A stretch of DNA of 64,000 bases from Cenococcum geophilum (taxonomy: Eukaryota): the NCBI GenBank assembly GCA_050273025.1, contig CP158635.1:32054001-32118000 (forward strand), given 5' to 3'. Under the pieces are notes generated by a model. The model saw nothing but the letters and a program-made list of their open reading frames with translations. It had not been told where the DNA came from and did no database searches. Shown here in pieces: positions 12,485-28,130 of the stretch. Both the position numbers and the translations under genes were made by a program. Positions within the stretch are counted from its first letter, which is position 1; each line of letters starts with the position of its first letter.

Positions 12485-15400
12485 ATTATAGATCTTATAG
12501 ATTATATAGATCACACAGATTATATTACGTAACTCTGCTTACTATTCCTCGTTATATAGTTCCACGGGTTCTATCCTAGACCGTACTTATATTAACTAAC
12601 TAGCTTCTTCTAACTCCTCTCTAAGTAGTTATAATATTATACTTAAAGCGTTCGTAACACTATCTCCCTCCTCTCTATCTTTGTCCTTAAAGATACTTAG
12701 CATTTCTAAGTTATTTACTAGAGGTATAATACCTATCTAATTAATTTAGTTAATATTATTACTTATAATACCTAAAGCACCTTCTTCTTCTTTAACTCTT
12801 TATTATACGCGTATAGTCTCTTCTATACTGTCGCTTAGTAAAGTAATACTATCTCTATATTCTTATTGCGTGAAAGAGGGGTTAGTTTATATTACGTTAG
12901 TAAGTCCTTTATCTTAATAACCCTCTTCTTATATAGAGTGTACTAAAGCAAACATTTAATCGTCTTATAATATTCGCTTAATTTCTAACACTAAGTATAC
13001 ATGTCTTATAACTCTTAATAGTCTCTAAGTTCCCTAAGTAATTTATTATAGGGTCTTATGTTTAATCTACTGCTATAAAGCTTAATGGTAAGCTGTCCTT
13101 GGCGCTATTTACGGTCTAACATGCCTTAAAAAAGTCCTTATATATCCTTAAAGCTTAGCGTCTAGCTTATGCTTATCTTTAGCGTTTAGAACGTGTCTAT
13201 AAAAAGATTTATTTAAAGAAGTAAAAACTTATTTAATAAGGTTTATAAAAACTTAGTAATAAAAAAACGGATTCTCTTCTAATAGAGAAGGAAATAACTC
13301 TAAGTAATTTAGCAGTCGCTCTTCCTAGGTCCCCCTTAGGTAACTTATTCTTTAGCGATTCCTCTTTATTAATATTACTTAACCTTTTCTCTTCTAATAC
13401 TTCTATACCTTTCCTATAGCGTTCTTTAGGTTCTCTAGTAGCTCCTAGGTAGTCTTATTATAGCCTATCTACTTTACTTTATACTATGTTTTATCGTCTA
13501 CGTCCTTATAACTAACAATCTTTAAAACTTACTATTTATTTTCCTCTTATCCTCTATATATGTCTACTTTATAGACTAGTGGCTTAACATTTCTATATAC
13601 TAGCTCTAGTATTACAATGTACTATATAGGGTAGATCTTTATCCTAGCTAGTAGGTTTAACTTAAATATAACCGGTAAAATTTTTTATATAATTTTAAAA
13701 GGTCCTAGTCTAATATAGTCTAACTTCTTACTTAGTCGTTAACTTTTAAAATTTTTATATAATAGCTATACTTTATCTCCCTCCTTAAGATCTGGTTCCT
13801 TAGATCTCTTAGTATTATAGTACTTTTTTATCCTTTGCTATACCACCTTAGCTATTTCTATAAGGTTTGCATAAAGATTTATTAAACTCTTTATTCTTTA
13901 CTTAGCTGTACTACTTATCTTCTTTACTTAACGTAGTAATAATAAGGTCCTTAGCTTATATCTATAATTCGCCTTAAATAGTAACGTGCCCATTCCTTCT
14001 TGTGGTGTTATATTATATATAAACTATATAACTGGTAATAGCAATACCTAATTATTCTATATATAATTAATATAATACCTTAGATACTATTCTAGTGTCT
14101 AATTTAATCTTTCTATTTAACCGTCTGTCTGTGGATAATATACGGTAAAAGTTACTACTTAAACTCTTTACTCTGCTAAGAATACTTCCTAAAATGCTGC
14201 TATAAATCTTAGATCTCTATCCAATATAACCTTATTTAGTACTCTATGTCTTATAAACACTTCTTTAATATAAATTCTAGCGATATCTTCTGCTAATATT
14301 TCTTCTATGTATACTATAAAGTATCCCCACTTCGTAAGCTTGTCTATTATTACTAAGATTATATTATAATCTTATCCGGTAATAGGATCTCTTAACTTTA
14401 GTAACTTAATAATAAAGTCCTATAATATAACCTCCCATAGTCTCTCTAGTATTTTAATAGGTTGTAGCTCTCTATATAGCTTATACCTCGTCGGTTTGTT
14501 TCTTTAGTAATTTAGATATTCTTTTATAACTTACCTAGCTAGTCCCTAGATTCTATTAATAATATACCCCTCTTAAAGTCTTAACACTAAGCCTATAGCT
14601 CTATTGTGTCCTTAAGTTAGTTCTTTATAAAATAACTTAATAAACTCCTTTGTAATAGATCTTAGTACATATATCGCTTTTTAATTTTTGTACTACTCTA
14701 AGTCTAGATCCTCTGCCTATATATCTTAGATCTTTTATATCTAATTACTCTCTAGTAAATTATAGATCTGTTCTTCTTATATTGCTGCAATTTTTGGATA
14801 ATTATATCTAATTAATCTATCTATATCTTTTCGTAATAAAGCCCCTAATGGCTTTTTATTATTTTATAGTTTAGCCTTTCTACTTAGAGCGTCTACTCGT
14901 GCATTTTCTATACCCTTAGTATACTAAATCTTAAAATGGTATTTTATAAGCATCTCCGCCTATCTAACCTATCTGCGATTAAGTTCTTTTATTATTAGGA
15001 ACCCCGTTAGGTTCTTATAATCTATTTTAACTATAAATAGTTTTTTTTATACCTTATAAGAATAATCTCTATTCCCTTAATACTGCAACTATACCTAATA
15101 ACTCCTTATTATAGATATCATAGTTTAGTTCCGGTAGTATTATCTTTTAACTATAATATACTACTAGGTGCTATCTATCTTTATATTTCTATAGGAAGCA
15201 CGCTCCTAGTATATAGTCTAATACATCCGTCTTAACTACTATCTCTAGCCGTAGTTAATAGATCTTAAGAACTGGCTCCTAGGTAAATAACTGCTTAATT
15301 TTCTTAAATAGTTCCTTTTATTCCTCTCCCTATACCTATAGTTCTTCTTTCTTTATTAATCTTATAAGTGGCTTAATATCCTTTAACCATTAAGCTATAA

Positions 15401-18400
15401 ACCTTCTATAGTAATTGCAGAACCCTAAAAATAACCTTAACTGTGTTATATTTTCTAGTTCTTGCCAATTTACTATAGCTTTAATCTTCTTTGGATTTAT
15501 ATTAAGTTGGCCTAGTTTAATAATAAATCTAATAAAATCGGTCTTTCTAGTAAAGAACTCGCATTTCTTAATTACTACTAGCATCTGTTCTTCCTATAGT
15601 CTCTTTAAAACCTATTTAACATATTCTCTATATTCTTCCTTACTTATTAAGTAGATAATAATATTATTAAGATATACTATAACAAATTCATCTAAGTACT
15701 CTCTTAATACATTATTAATACGCTTCTAAAACATTACTAGTACGTTTATAAGCCTAAATTATATAACTAATAGTTTATATAGTCCTTCCTTTAACCTAAA
15801 GGCTGCCTTTTATTTGTTACCTTCCTTAATTCTAATCTAATAGTACGCCCATCTTAGATCTATCTTCGTAAAGATTTACGTATTACTAATCCTATTTTAG
15901 ATTTCGCTAATTAAGGGTAAAGGATATCTATCCTTTCTAGTAATGCTATTTAACTATCTATAGTTAATATATAGCCTAAGTTTTCTATTCTTCTTTAGTA
16001 CGAATAGTACTAGATATCCCGCTAATAACTGCGATAGTCTAATATATCCTTTTTAAAGATTTTCCTAAATAAACTTCTTAAGTACCTATAACTCTTTTTC
16101 TATTAACTTATAAGTTGGGTAGAACCTTAAACTTATTCCTAGTTCTAACTCTATTTTATAGTCCTATACTATATAATCTAACAGCTTTTTACTTTTTAGT
16201 AATTATAGTTTCTTACTATACTTGTGGTATCTCTTTAGTATATAACTTAATCCCTAATTGGTTTCTTTATATATCGCTCCAACTTAGTACTATACTAACT
16301 TAGTTTATTATTACATCTTATATTATCGCGTATCCCTAATATTAACCTAACCTATAACCCAATTAATCTTTAGATTATATTTCTGTAACTAAGGCATTCC
16401 TAGTATCGCCTTATTATTCCCTAATAGTAATATATTAAAAGACATCTTAATTTATCTCCCTTTAATAGTTAACTAAATAGGTTCTATTTTAAGGTTAATA
16501 ATGCCTCCTCTATAGGCTATTAGATCTCCTAAAATTATTACTAATAGATAAGGGTGCTCTTTTTGCCTATATAGTAACCCCATCCTTTTAACTACTATTA
16601 GTAAGATATAGTTTTGTATTACTCCACTATCTACTAATACTTCGAACTATTAATCTTGCCAATTAACTTTTAGGTTTAGGTATTGTCCTTAAATTCCTTT
16701 AAGGGTCTAAGGCTCTACTACTAGCTCCCTCTAGTCCTATAGGCCTCTACTTTTCATAACTATTAGCTACTTAATCCTATTATACTTAGTTCATTCTTTA
16801 GCTAATGCCTAGTTCGCTTTTTATCTTTAATATACTATAAATAGGTATTTTCTAAACATTCCTACCATTATTATTTATCTAAGCATTCTTCTATAAAGAA
16901 TCTTCCTAGTTAAAGTATTAAACTTCCTTTTTTTTTTAAACTTCTACCGGATGCCAGCCGTATATACATTTAGCATTTCTATACTATTGTTTATCTATTA
17001 TCTAGTATATCCTTATAAAGTATTTTTAATTCTTTTCCTTTAGATTCTTATGCATCTTATATATATTGTCTACGTATATAACCCATAATAGCGTATAGTG
17101 TGCTAGGTGCTTTAGGTTAACTCTTAGCTCGTCTTTATCCTTAAGTTTAAACCTTTATTATACTAATCTAAACGTTATAACTTTATTCGCAGGTACTAAA
17201 ATATATTTCTCGCTTCTCTAGTTCTCTAATTATTCCTCTAGATCCTTTAATATCATAATTAAGACTCCCTTAATATAATTTATCGCTTTTTCCGTAATTA
17301 GGTAGTCTTAGATAACTTTTTCATCTAACTATATATAGAAATCTTCCTACTTATTATTATATCGTTGCCTATACTACTTTTAGTATAGCTGCTAGAGTGT
17401 ATACAGTCTATCCGTAAGGAAGTATCTTCTTATTACTGCGTTATAACAGCCTTTTATATATCGTTTTTTGAACCTAGTAGGAATCCCTAGATCCTCTTTA
17501 TTTTCCAGTTTAGTAAGCCACTTAGCTCTTAGTGTGCCTATTCTTAGCCTATTAGTAATTCTTTATATAGGTACTCTATCCCTTATATAACCTAGTATAC
17601 TAAATCTCTTATTTAGTTTCTGTTCTTGCTATAAGGTAATTCTTACCCTAAATTCCTCTATAGTTTCTTTCTTTTCGCGTCTTATAAGTAGATCCTTAAA
17701 GTCTTTTTACTTCTTAATCTTAGTATTAAACTCTTAATCTTTAGTCTAAACATCTTATTTAACTAATAAGTCCTCTAGGTCTATATATCTATCTCCTAAT
17801 CTAACTGCTGTTTATATTATAAATTCTCTAATCTATAGCGAAGCCTCTAGCTTCTTTCTTATAGGTATCTTTATTCGTACTCCAAATTCTTAACCCCTTA
17901 AATCCTTTAATCCTAAGCTTACCTCTTTCTTAAGCTACGCTCCAGCCTTAGTCTAACTAGGCTTTACTAGTGTTCTTATCTCATCTTAAGAGTCTTAAAT
18001 CTTACTTATCTTATTTTAAGAATCTTATGCCGTTAGGAACACTTATCCTAAGCTTATTTATATATTCTTAAACTAAGCTGCTGCCCTACTCCATCGGTTT
18101 GCGTCTATTATAGGTCCTTAAGCATACCTTATCTCTTCTTAAGAATCTTAGTCGTCTCTTATCTCGTCTTAAGAATCTTAAGCCTTTAGCCTTTTGCCTT
18201 TATTAAGTAGTAAGCTAGCACTAGCAGTTATCTACTTACTTAATCGTCTCTAGATATTGCTCCTTCCGTCTTATAAAGCAATAAATGCCGTATCTAACGG
18301 TGTTATAATACCTATTACTAAACCTTACTCTATAGCGGTCTTAGTCTCTACTTCTATTATATTATTAAGTTTTAAATACCCCTAGTTGGTTCCTTTACTA

Positions 18401-21114
18401 TCCTTATCGCTGTTAATTAATAAGTACTCTAACTCTATTATTATTATTACTAATTATTATCCGCATATTACTATAATATCTTAATCTAGCTTATAGAGTT
18501 AATCTTATTCTTTATCTAACTCTTTAGTTCCTTTAAGTCCTCTTAACTCTAGCTCTTATAGCCAATAGCTTGCACTATACTTAGCGTCTTTATAAATTTG
18601 GCATACGTTATTATAATAAAACGCAAAACTTCTAATTAAATATTCTTTTATTCCTTACAGTACACTATTATCCCTCTATATATGTATATTACATACTACT
18701 AGTCTAGTTCCCCTTACTGCGTAATAACTCTTACCACTTCTATAGTCTCTAGCGAAATAACCCTATTTTTTATAATTTATATAAGCTCCGTCTTTAAACT
18801 ATTGCTTTTACTATAGAGTCCGCTCAAACGTCTTCTGCTACTAAAATCCTTGGTTTAGCCTATACTCCTTAGTCCTATAATTACTTAATCCTTAACCTTT
18901 AGGTTTCTATAGTTGCTTTCCCTATCTCTTATAGGTTTCTCTAGTACCGCTTAGGTCTATTAGCTCTACGCCATACTATAGTTTCTAACTTAGCTTTAGT
19001 TGTTACGTGCTTTACGTCTTATATAACTATAAAACTCTATCTTAGCCTCTCTTAGCCTATTCCCTTTAGAAGATCCTATTGTTAATCTTAATCGCTTAAT
19101 CTATTAATTCCCTTAGGGTGTCCGCATCTTCCATTAGAATAATTACGTTCCAGACTTTAGCCTTAAGTCCCTATTTATACTATACTATAAGCGCCTTATC
19201 GTTCCATTTAACCTATATAGTAAGTATTTAAAACTATATCGTATACTTAATTACTAAAGTTCGCTATATTAGGTCCTAAAGCTTTCTCTTTACTATAGTT
19301 ATTGCTTCCGGGTCCCTAAATATCTATATTAATTATTCCACAAATCCTACCTAGCTAAAAAACACAAATCGTACCTCTTAATTGGTAGTAGTTATTCCGT
19401 TAGTTTATATTTCTATTAAATAGGGTTTAAACCATTTAAGTGCCTAACCCATTAGGAATAGTCCTACGTAGGCTATCTAATCTATTATTATAGCTAACTT
19501 GGCCCCTTCTTATATAACTTTAAAATATATTTACGTTAGGAATCCTTTAAGCTTTAATCTCTCCCCTAAGAATCGTTTAATTGAAGGTAACTTAACCTTT
19601 ACTACTCTAATCCCATTAAGTCTTTCTTTAAGTGTTTAGTTGTTCTCGTTTAACCTATTAATAATTTCCTATAACTGCCTAATTATAACTAGTTGTGAGT
19701 CAGTATCTTGCATACTTGTATCTCCACTTAACCTTAAAGTGGTTGCTGCCGTTAACGGCGTCGTAGTAGCTGCTTTTGGTGGCATATTGTTTGACTCCCT
19801 ATATTTAATACCGTAACTATAGTAGTAATTATATAACGGAACCTTATAGCAGGAACTATAATGGGTTCTGTTAATAGGCTAGGTGTATAGAAAATGCAAA
19901 GATAGTAGTTAACAACGTAATAATAACTAGTGGAGTGGTTGCCTAATAGATTAACTCTAATTATATTCTAAGAATTACTACAAGGAAGGAACTATCTAGG
20001 TAGGGACTAAGGGTCCTTAAATACACAACTGTACTCCTAAGAAAGTCGTTGCTCTATCTACTCTGTCTGCTCTATTCGCTCTATTATAGATCTCGCAGAT
20101 TATACAGATTACATAGATTACATTACGTAACTCTGCTTACCATTCCTCATCATATGGTTTTACGGGTTCCATCCTGGACCGTGCTTATATTAACCAACTA
20201 GCTTCTTCCAACTCCTCTCTAAGTAGTCATAACATCGTACTTAAAGCGTTTGTAATAGGCGCACTATTGTCTAAGATCCGATATTACTTTATGGAATTAT
20301 GTACTATTTATACAGGAGAACGCTAAGTACTATTAAGTGGTACCAATTATTAAGTAGGGCTTTATAGCGCGCGTAATAGCCCTCTTCTATATAGCTATAT
20401 AGCGCTAAGGTCTCCTTACTATAATACCTAAACTGTTTAACCTATCTAATCCGTTATCGTCGGAACGTATAGAGAATATTACTCGGGCGATTAGTTACCT
20501 TACACTAGAGCGGTTCTTAGAAATAGTTAAGGATATTTAGTCTACTACTTTTACTATTAAAGTATAGAGCGGCGTGGACTTAAGTAGGCGCGTATACGGC
20601 GATATTAAGTTTTAGATAATATATCGCCTGCTTTAAGAAGCTAAGCTACTTCTTACTATTTAGCATACCGTTAAACATGCCAATGTAGGTATACTACGAT
20701 AGCTTGTTAACCCCCTTATTGTCTACTTCTTTAGCGCGTTATAGCATAATTACGGCCGCGAGATGCTGTTCTATTGGTAGAATCTTACTTTAGTAAATTT
20801 ACCTAAACTCTAGTATGCAATACTAGCTTTAGGGGTTATAAACTAGCTTAGGTCTCCTAACACATATAAAGCCATTAATCTTAGACTAGAGTACCTAAAT
20901 AGTAGCTGTAAAATTGAGATAAAGTGTTATAAGAACTCTACCTATAATACTAATATTATATTTAATCGAGTATATCTATTAAACGCGACGGTTAGGATGG
21001 TGCGTAGTAAGATAAAGCATACGTTTAGCGAGGAGATGTTAGGTGCTTATACGCGGGCTTCTACGAAACTTAATATATTCCTACTTACTTATACAATCTA
21101 TTTAAGTGATTTAG

Positions 21115-24100
21115 TGTCACGGAACCCCACCGCAGGGGCCTCCATAGGAGAGCCCCGTGCTCTCGCGTACACCTCGCGTATAGCTTATGTCAGCTACGCG
21201 TAGGTATATCATCTCCTTACGCCCTCGACCCTTACGATCGATCGCGCAACGTCTTGTAGACTCCTTAAATACATACGTCTTATAGCCACTGCCCCGTCCC
21301 GTAACATTACGTTGCGCCTTTTTACTACCGACACCTAGCCTATGACTAATTCTACGTCTTTATAATACTATAGGCGCTGCCAGAAGTAGCGTGCCTACGA
21401 GTTACCTCACTTTATACTTCTAAGGAACCTATAATAGTAAGACAATATTCCTTACTAGCCACTATGTTAAACCTAAAGAACAATCCAATACCTATACTCA
21501 ACCTACGACGCCAATTAATCCCAGGAGAATTTAATTTATTAGCCCTAGCCTTAACCCTTAAGGAGATAGACACTAATAATATCTTATTTTTTATTAACTA
21601 TATAACTATAGACAAGCAAGCGGAAGGGCTACTACCTATTAAAATTAAAATATAAGACGCCAAGACGTTCGCAAAAATGGTAGCACGAAAACCCAATAAA
21701 TACTACCGCCTTCTATAGAACTACTACCTAAAGCTTACACGAGCCAAGATGCGTGCTGCCTAAGATCGCGATATTATCTAAGACCTATAAGCTCGCGAGG
21801 CGCTCGCCAACAACACGCGTTAAAAAACTGAAGACAACCTCCGCGTATCTAAACGCGATGTCCAACAGTTAAAGAAGGCTAAGATTATACTTATTGCTAC
21901 AGTTACTAAAAAAGAAGGCACAATTAAATACCTATAATCTTAGTTTAATAAGCACATTCGTAATAACGCTAGACACCTCTCTACTGTATATAACGCCACT
22001 TAAGTCTTTACGCCCCCGGCAACTTTACCTACTTAATACTTAATAGAGGGTTAGCGCTAAGTAGCCTTACCTAATGGGAACCCCTACTAAAGTAATAATG
22101 AAAGCTATAACGACCGAACCTAAGCTGCCACTATAGGGTCTAATGCACGTTACCCTAATCCCCTAGTTTTCTAGGGAAACCGCAAAGAATATAGCCACTA
22201 AAAGATACAAATCCGCGAGAAACTAACTTAGAGCGCCTGCCTTTTTCCTATAGAAGATACTAAGATTGGCTATATTATCGAGCGAATAAAGGGTACACTA
22301 TTTAATAGACTCTTCGCCTAATGGGAGACTAATAGCCCCTAGAAGTAGTAGTCCTACTAAAAAGTCCTTAACGATCTTAACCTAATATACCGCGACTATA
22401 ACCTACTGGCCACTAACCGAGCTAAACTACGTGCCCTAAAGATAAGCCCTACCGAATTATTTAATAAGTTCTATATTAAATTCTAGGAATATACTAGAGC
22501 CCTCGCCCGAGACGATACTAAAGACTAGGAAGATCTCCTTAAAAAAGTTACTTATTGCCTTAGTTACGCAGCCGCCAGCTACAACTATAATAATGTTTAT
22601 AATATAGTAGCAGCCATACGGAAGATTAAACGACAACTAAATTAGATCGCTACTGCAAACCCCTACCTAAAGACCTCCCTATAGAAGCCCTCCGGACCTA
22701 CTAAACTACCGACGCCTACTACCCTAAGTAACACTACTGGTCCTAATATCAACCTTTTTATACCAACCTTCCCGCAAAAGCTACTAAACGGAGAACGTAA
22801 GCTACTCCGGAAGCTAAAGCGTTGCTATAGATGTTATTAAGAAGGCTGTTATAGCTATAGCCCAAACTACCTAATAGCTAGGTTTAGCAGCTGCCGCCTA
22901 ATACCTAACCTAGTACCTTAAACACCAAATACGTCGCTATATGCCACTACCGTATAAGATGAAGACGCAGTAATAGCAGTAAAGTCGGATACGGAAACGG
23001 AAAACGCTAAGTCCTAGCCCTAAGTCGTAGGTTAGGACGCCCTAACGATAAGGGGATCTATATATCGGCCTACTTAATAGATAACTTAGTAAAGATAAAT
23101 AGACGGAAATAGATAGTTTTACCCGTAATAGGAACTACTGCCAAAAAATAATATAAAAGCCGTTCTATAATTAATTGCGGAGCTACTAATAAATTTATAG
23201 ATACCTAATTCACGTACTTATAACCTACCTACCTTACCCCTTACTAAAGCCCGCGCCCTATAACTCGCCGACAGTAGTTATACCGCATAGAAGATTACCT
23301 ATATAGTATAACTCCACCTAGATATAAATGGGCACTAGGAAGAACTCTGGGCCTATATTATACCACTTACTAACTACCCTATTATCCTCGGAATAAACTA
23401 GCTTAAATAACATAACCCCACCATTAACTGGAAAAAGAGAGAAGTAACCTTTAACTCTAAATACTATAGAGAGACCTGCCTAGGATATAGCCTAGCCGCC
23501 TCTATCTACTCCCCAGGATACCAACCTAAGGAACCCCTTATTACCCTACCTATAACTAACTACTACTACGTAAGTGCCGCGGCCTTCTACCGTATAGCAC
23601 GTAGGAAAGGCTAGACCGTTACTATAGCCTCCTAATTATGACTATATAAGCTTAATAAAGAACAGGACTACGTCCTCTATAGTAATAGAATAGATATAGT
23701 CAACCTCCTAGAAAACAATACCCCCGCAGAACTTTACGGACTTTTACCTTTAGACTTTAAGAAGTTTATAAAGCTTAAAAAAGGACTTACTAATAAGGAA
23801 CTCCGCAAGCTCCTCCCTAAGAGGTACTATAACTTTATTAATATGTACTTATAAAAGAGCGCAGATATACTCCCCCTATATTAACCTAATAACTATACCA
23901 TTAATATTAAATAAGGAAAAACGCCACCCTATAAAAGACCCTACTTAATATTAAAAGATAAACTTCTAGTTGTTAAAAAGTATATTAATAAACACCTTAA
24001 CAAAAGGTTTATTCGCCCCAGTATGTCCCTAGTAGCCGCCCCTATCCTCCTTACTAAGAAGCTAGGAGGAGGTATTTAATTCTACGTTAACTATAAAGGA

Positions 24101-27100
24101 CTTAACGCTATTACAATTAAGAACTAATACCCTATACCGCTTATATGTGAGACTCTTAAGCGGCTTAGCCAAGCTAAAATCTATACTAAGCTTAATATTA
24201 TCGCCGCCTTTAATTACCTCCGAATACGAGAAGATAACAAATAAAAAACCACATTTATATCGCGCTTTAGCCAATTTAAATATACCGTTATGCCCTTTAG
24301 CGTATATAACGGCCCAGGCAGCTTTTAAAGCTATATTAATAACGCCTTACGGGACTACCTTAACGACTTCTGCTCTGCGTACCTGGACGATATACTTATT
24401 TATAGCGATAACCCTTCTAAGTATACTAAGCACGTTTAAAAGGTCCTACAGCGCCTTAGGGACGTAGGACTTTATATTAATTTAAAGAAGTATAAATTCT
24501 TAGTTACAGAAGTAAAATACCTTAGACTAATTGTTACTACTAAGGGTGTCTATATAGACCCTAAGAAGGTACGTATAATTACTAAATAGTAAACCCCTAA
24601 CTGCATTAAAGACGTATAAGCTTTTCTTAGTTTCGCTAACTTCTATTAAAAATTTATATACAACTTCTTGGGTGTTATAGTACTACTTATAGCAATAATG
24701 CGAATAAAGGGCCTTTCTGTAAAAGGAAGAAAAATATATCTATGTTTTATCTGGACGCCTAAATATAAGAAGGCGTTCTAAGACCTTAAAGATGCTTTTA
24801 CTAAAGCACCTATCCTAGCTTACTTTATACTAGGACAACAACTCTATTTTAAGACTAACTCCTTAAACCACGTTAACGCAGGCGTTCTCTCCTAGATAGG
24901 TAATAACGGTCTTCTCTACCTAGTCGCATTCTATTTATCTAAGCTTACACTATAAGAATGTAACTATAAGATCTATAATAAGGAACTTCTTACGATTATA
25001 TAAGCGTTTAAGAAATTCCGACCGGAACTCTCCTTAGTAAAACCTAACTAGCTAACTAAAGTCCTTACGGATTATCGCAACCTTAAGTACTTTATAACTA
25101 TAAAACAGCTAAACTAACGCCAAGCACGCTAGAACGAGTTCCTCTCTAGTTTTAACTTTAAAATTATATATAGGCCAGGAGTATAAGATACTAAGCCTAA
25201 TAGCCTAATACGCCGCTTATAAGACCTTCCTTAGTCTAAAGATAACCCCTACAACCAGTTCTAATAATAGACGATCCTAAAAGCACGGAATTTAGCCCTA
25301 GGTATACTACCTACGATAGAGCTAACTGTACCTCAGCTCCACACTATAGAACTAGAATTACCTTCCGAAATTAACAAGCTTATTACTACGGCATATAACA
25401 CCTCTGTTAACCTATTACTATATTAACCTATTGCCGCAAAAACCACTAGCGCCCGTACGCTGCCAACTAAACTCTAAAGCTTAAGCTAGATTAATATGGC
25501 AGCCTTAGAAGTAAAAAAGAACAGGCTCTATTATAGAGGCCGTCTATTCGTCCCCAACTTAGAAAATCTACAACGGCAACTAATCTAAATGGCCCATAAC
25601 CTCCGATTAAGCGGCTACCTAGGTAGAAGAGAAACCTATAAGCTTTTTAGCTAATACTACTTCTGGCCTAAAATAATAGACTTAGTTAAACGCTTTATAG
25701 GCGCCTGCTACGGTTATAAGCGCGCTAAGGCCTTTAATATAAAGTACTAAGGACTACTGCACCCTCTACTAGTACCCATACAATAATAGGCAGATATCGC
25801 TATAGATTTCGTTGTTAACCTACTACCCTATAAGCGACATAGCCGTACCTATAAGAACATCCTTATAATAATATACTAACTTATAAAAGAGCGCCACTAC
25901 GTCCTAACCGAAGGCGTAGCTATTAGCGACGTTACTAACGCCTTTCTTCGCGAAATCTACCGATTATATGGGTTACTTAACTCGATTATATCTAACCGAG
26001 GTATATAGTTCGGCTCTAATATATAGAGACGAATCTGCTAACGCCTTAGCATCTCCATTAAGATGTCTATATCCTTTTACTATAAAACTGCTAGGTAACT
26101 GGAAAACGCTAATGCTAGTATAAAAGCGTACCTATAACAGGTAGTCGCCTATAGTTAAGATAACTGGGTAGATCACCTCTTACTAGGTAAATTCGCAGCA
26201 AATAACTACGTCTTAACTACTATAGGACTTACCCCGTTCTTCGCGAATAAGGGATATTACCCCTAATCCGGCATAGAACCACTAGAACCTATTAATAAGA
26301 AACTGCTATATAGAAAACGCCTTAAGATGCTACTTGCCGACCAGCATACAGACCGTATAAAAAATCTACTTAACTACTATAAGGGAGAAATGGCCTAGGC
26401 TTAAGCAAAGTAGGCCTACTTCGCTAACTGTTATAAAACGCCACCACCGGAGATACGTGTTGGCGACTAGGTATGGCTAGATATACGCAATATCTCTACG
26501 TAGAGGCCTATAAAGTCACTTGATTATAAGAACCTTGGCCCTTACCTAATTAAACGAGTCATTAACAGGGGAGCCGTATATAAGCTAGAGCTCCCGCCTG
26601 CCCTAGCCACCCGCGGGATATAGCCTATATTTTACCCATAGCTACTACACCTTCACTAGCCTAACCCCTTACTAGGGCAGACATAGCCTAAACCCCTACT
26701 AGTACTAATCCGAGATAAAAACGAAGATAAGAACTACGAGGAGTGGACCGTTGAACGAATTATTAACTCTAAATACTTTAGTAAAGGCAGAGGACGACGG
26801 CTCTACTACAGAGCTATATACATAGGATTTAATATAGATTAGCCAGAATGGCAACTATAGGAAGACTTTAAAAATGCAAAGGATCTAATTAGCGACTTTT
26901 ACTACGCAAACCCATAGAAACCGGGCCTAAGCAGAGATTTTATACCTAATCCTCTATAGGAGCCCTTATAGAGTTAAACCGTTGTATATTACCATATAGG
27001 GGCAAATTACCATTAGATTGCCGTTAGATTGCGGCAAAGTGCAATTACGTGACCGGAATATCGTTAAGATGTTCAGGAACTTCGACCAGCGGTTAAAGTT

Positions 27101-27456
27101 GTCTAATTGGTCGGATTCTTAGATGCCAAGCCTTATTACATAACGTTATTTTAAGCCTTTAGCAATACCCCCCTTTCTTCTTTTCTATACCCTAAGTGTC
27201 CCTTCTATATGTATATAGTAACCACAGCGTCGCCGGAGCTCCGCCTCTATAGGAGGGGGGGTAGTGTTATAGAACCCCACCGTAGGGGCCTCCATAGGAG
27301 AGCCCTGTGCTCTTGCGTACACCTCGCGTACAGCTTATGTCAGCTACGCGTAGGTATATCACCTCCTTACGCCCTCAACCCTTACGATCGATCGCGTAAC
27401 GTCTTATAGACTCCTCGAATACATACGTCTTGTAGCCACTACCCCGTCCCATAACA
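21115..27456 (+). mobile_element. Ty3/Gypsy chromovirus copy C, full length, RIP-mutated (different family from A/D/E)
   Basis: 192-bp LTRs at 21115-21306 and 27265-27456; TSD TTTAG at 21110-21114 and 27457-27461; PPT AGGAGGGGGGGTAG; RT YLDD motif (~24380-24391); integrase; chromodomain EEWTVERIINSK (~26738-26775). Confidence 0.92.
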
Positions 27457-27769
27457 TTTAGCTATGCCGTAAGGCCTTAAGTAGTTAGCGGGCTTATAGC
27501 TATTTAACTTTTATAATATTCTCTATACTAGTGTAAATGTTTTAGCGGAGAGGATTAAGTAGTTTAACTAGCTCTATATATAGGACCCGTATTCGGCCAC
27601 TGCTTCCTATCCTTTTTTAGATACTAATAACCTAACTAGCTTTACGGATATATAAGAGTTTACTAATATTATTAGTAATAGGTTAGATAAGGTAGATTTT
27701 ACCTCCGACTAAAATATAGGCTAGGAGCTGGATGTCTTTTAAGCTCCTTACCTAGATATTACCTAAACT

Positions 27770-28130
27770 ACTATAAACTCCTAGGCCAATTAGAGCGCGC
27801 GCTAAGTTCCCTACTATTATCGTTATTCCCTAAGGTCTCCTAGCAAACTGCTATAAACTACTATAAACTCCTAGGCCAATTAGAACGCGCGCTAAGTTTT
27901 CTATTATCGTTGTTCCCTAAGGTCTCCTAACAAACTACTATAAACTCCTAGGCTAATTAGAACGCGCCCTAAGTTCCCTACTATTATTGTCGTTCCCTAA
28001 GGTCTCTTAGCAAACTACTGTAAACTCCTAGGCCAATTAGAATGCGCGCTAAGCTCCCTATTATTGTTGTTGTTCCCTAAGGTCTCCTAGTAAACTACTG
28101 CAAACTTTTAAACTAATTAGAGCACGCGCT
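27770..28130. repeat. Tandem ~60-80-bp repeats inside the Academ-like element
   Basis: About 5 copies of ATAAACTCCTAGGCCAATTAGARCGCGCGCTAAG..TTCCCTAAGGTCTCC; the same core motif also occurs at ~7490-7575, 8735-8820, 45925-46120 and inverted at 51205-51365. Confidence 0.75.

Larger units (their letters stand above)
9583..20257 (-). mobile_element. Ty3/Gypsy LTR retrotransposon copy A (RIP-mutated); 5' LTR 19832-20257, 3' LTR 9583-12659 (interrupted)
   Basis: About 426-bp LTRs; TSD GGCGC at 9578-9582 and 20258-20262; polypurine tract reverse complement at 12660-12676; RT/RNaseH relic ORF 15390-15584 (KKCEFF..FLGFCNYYRRFI); integrase and chromodomain-like relics. Confidence 0.9.
7834..27760 (+). 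pseudogene. DUF6589-type (Academ) transposase relic in three pieces: ~7834-9582, 20263-21114, 27462-~27760
   Basis: After mentally reversing RIP changes: WLTHGDQLTAHHIRSVK (~9390-9440), WFHIxMNL (~9505-9530), YKAIDLRLEHLNGSCKIE (~20865-20920). Pieces rejoin at the TSDs of the inserted Gypsy elements. Confidence 0.6.
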
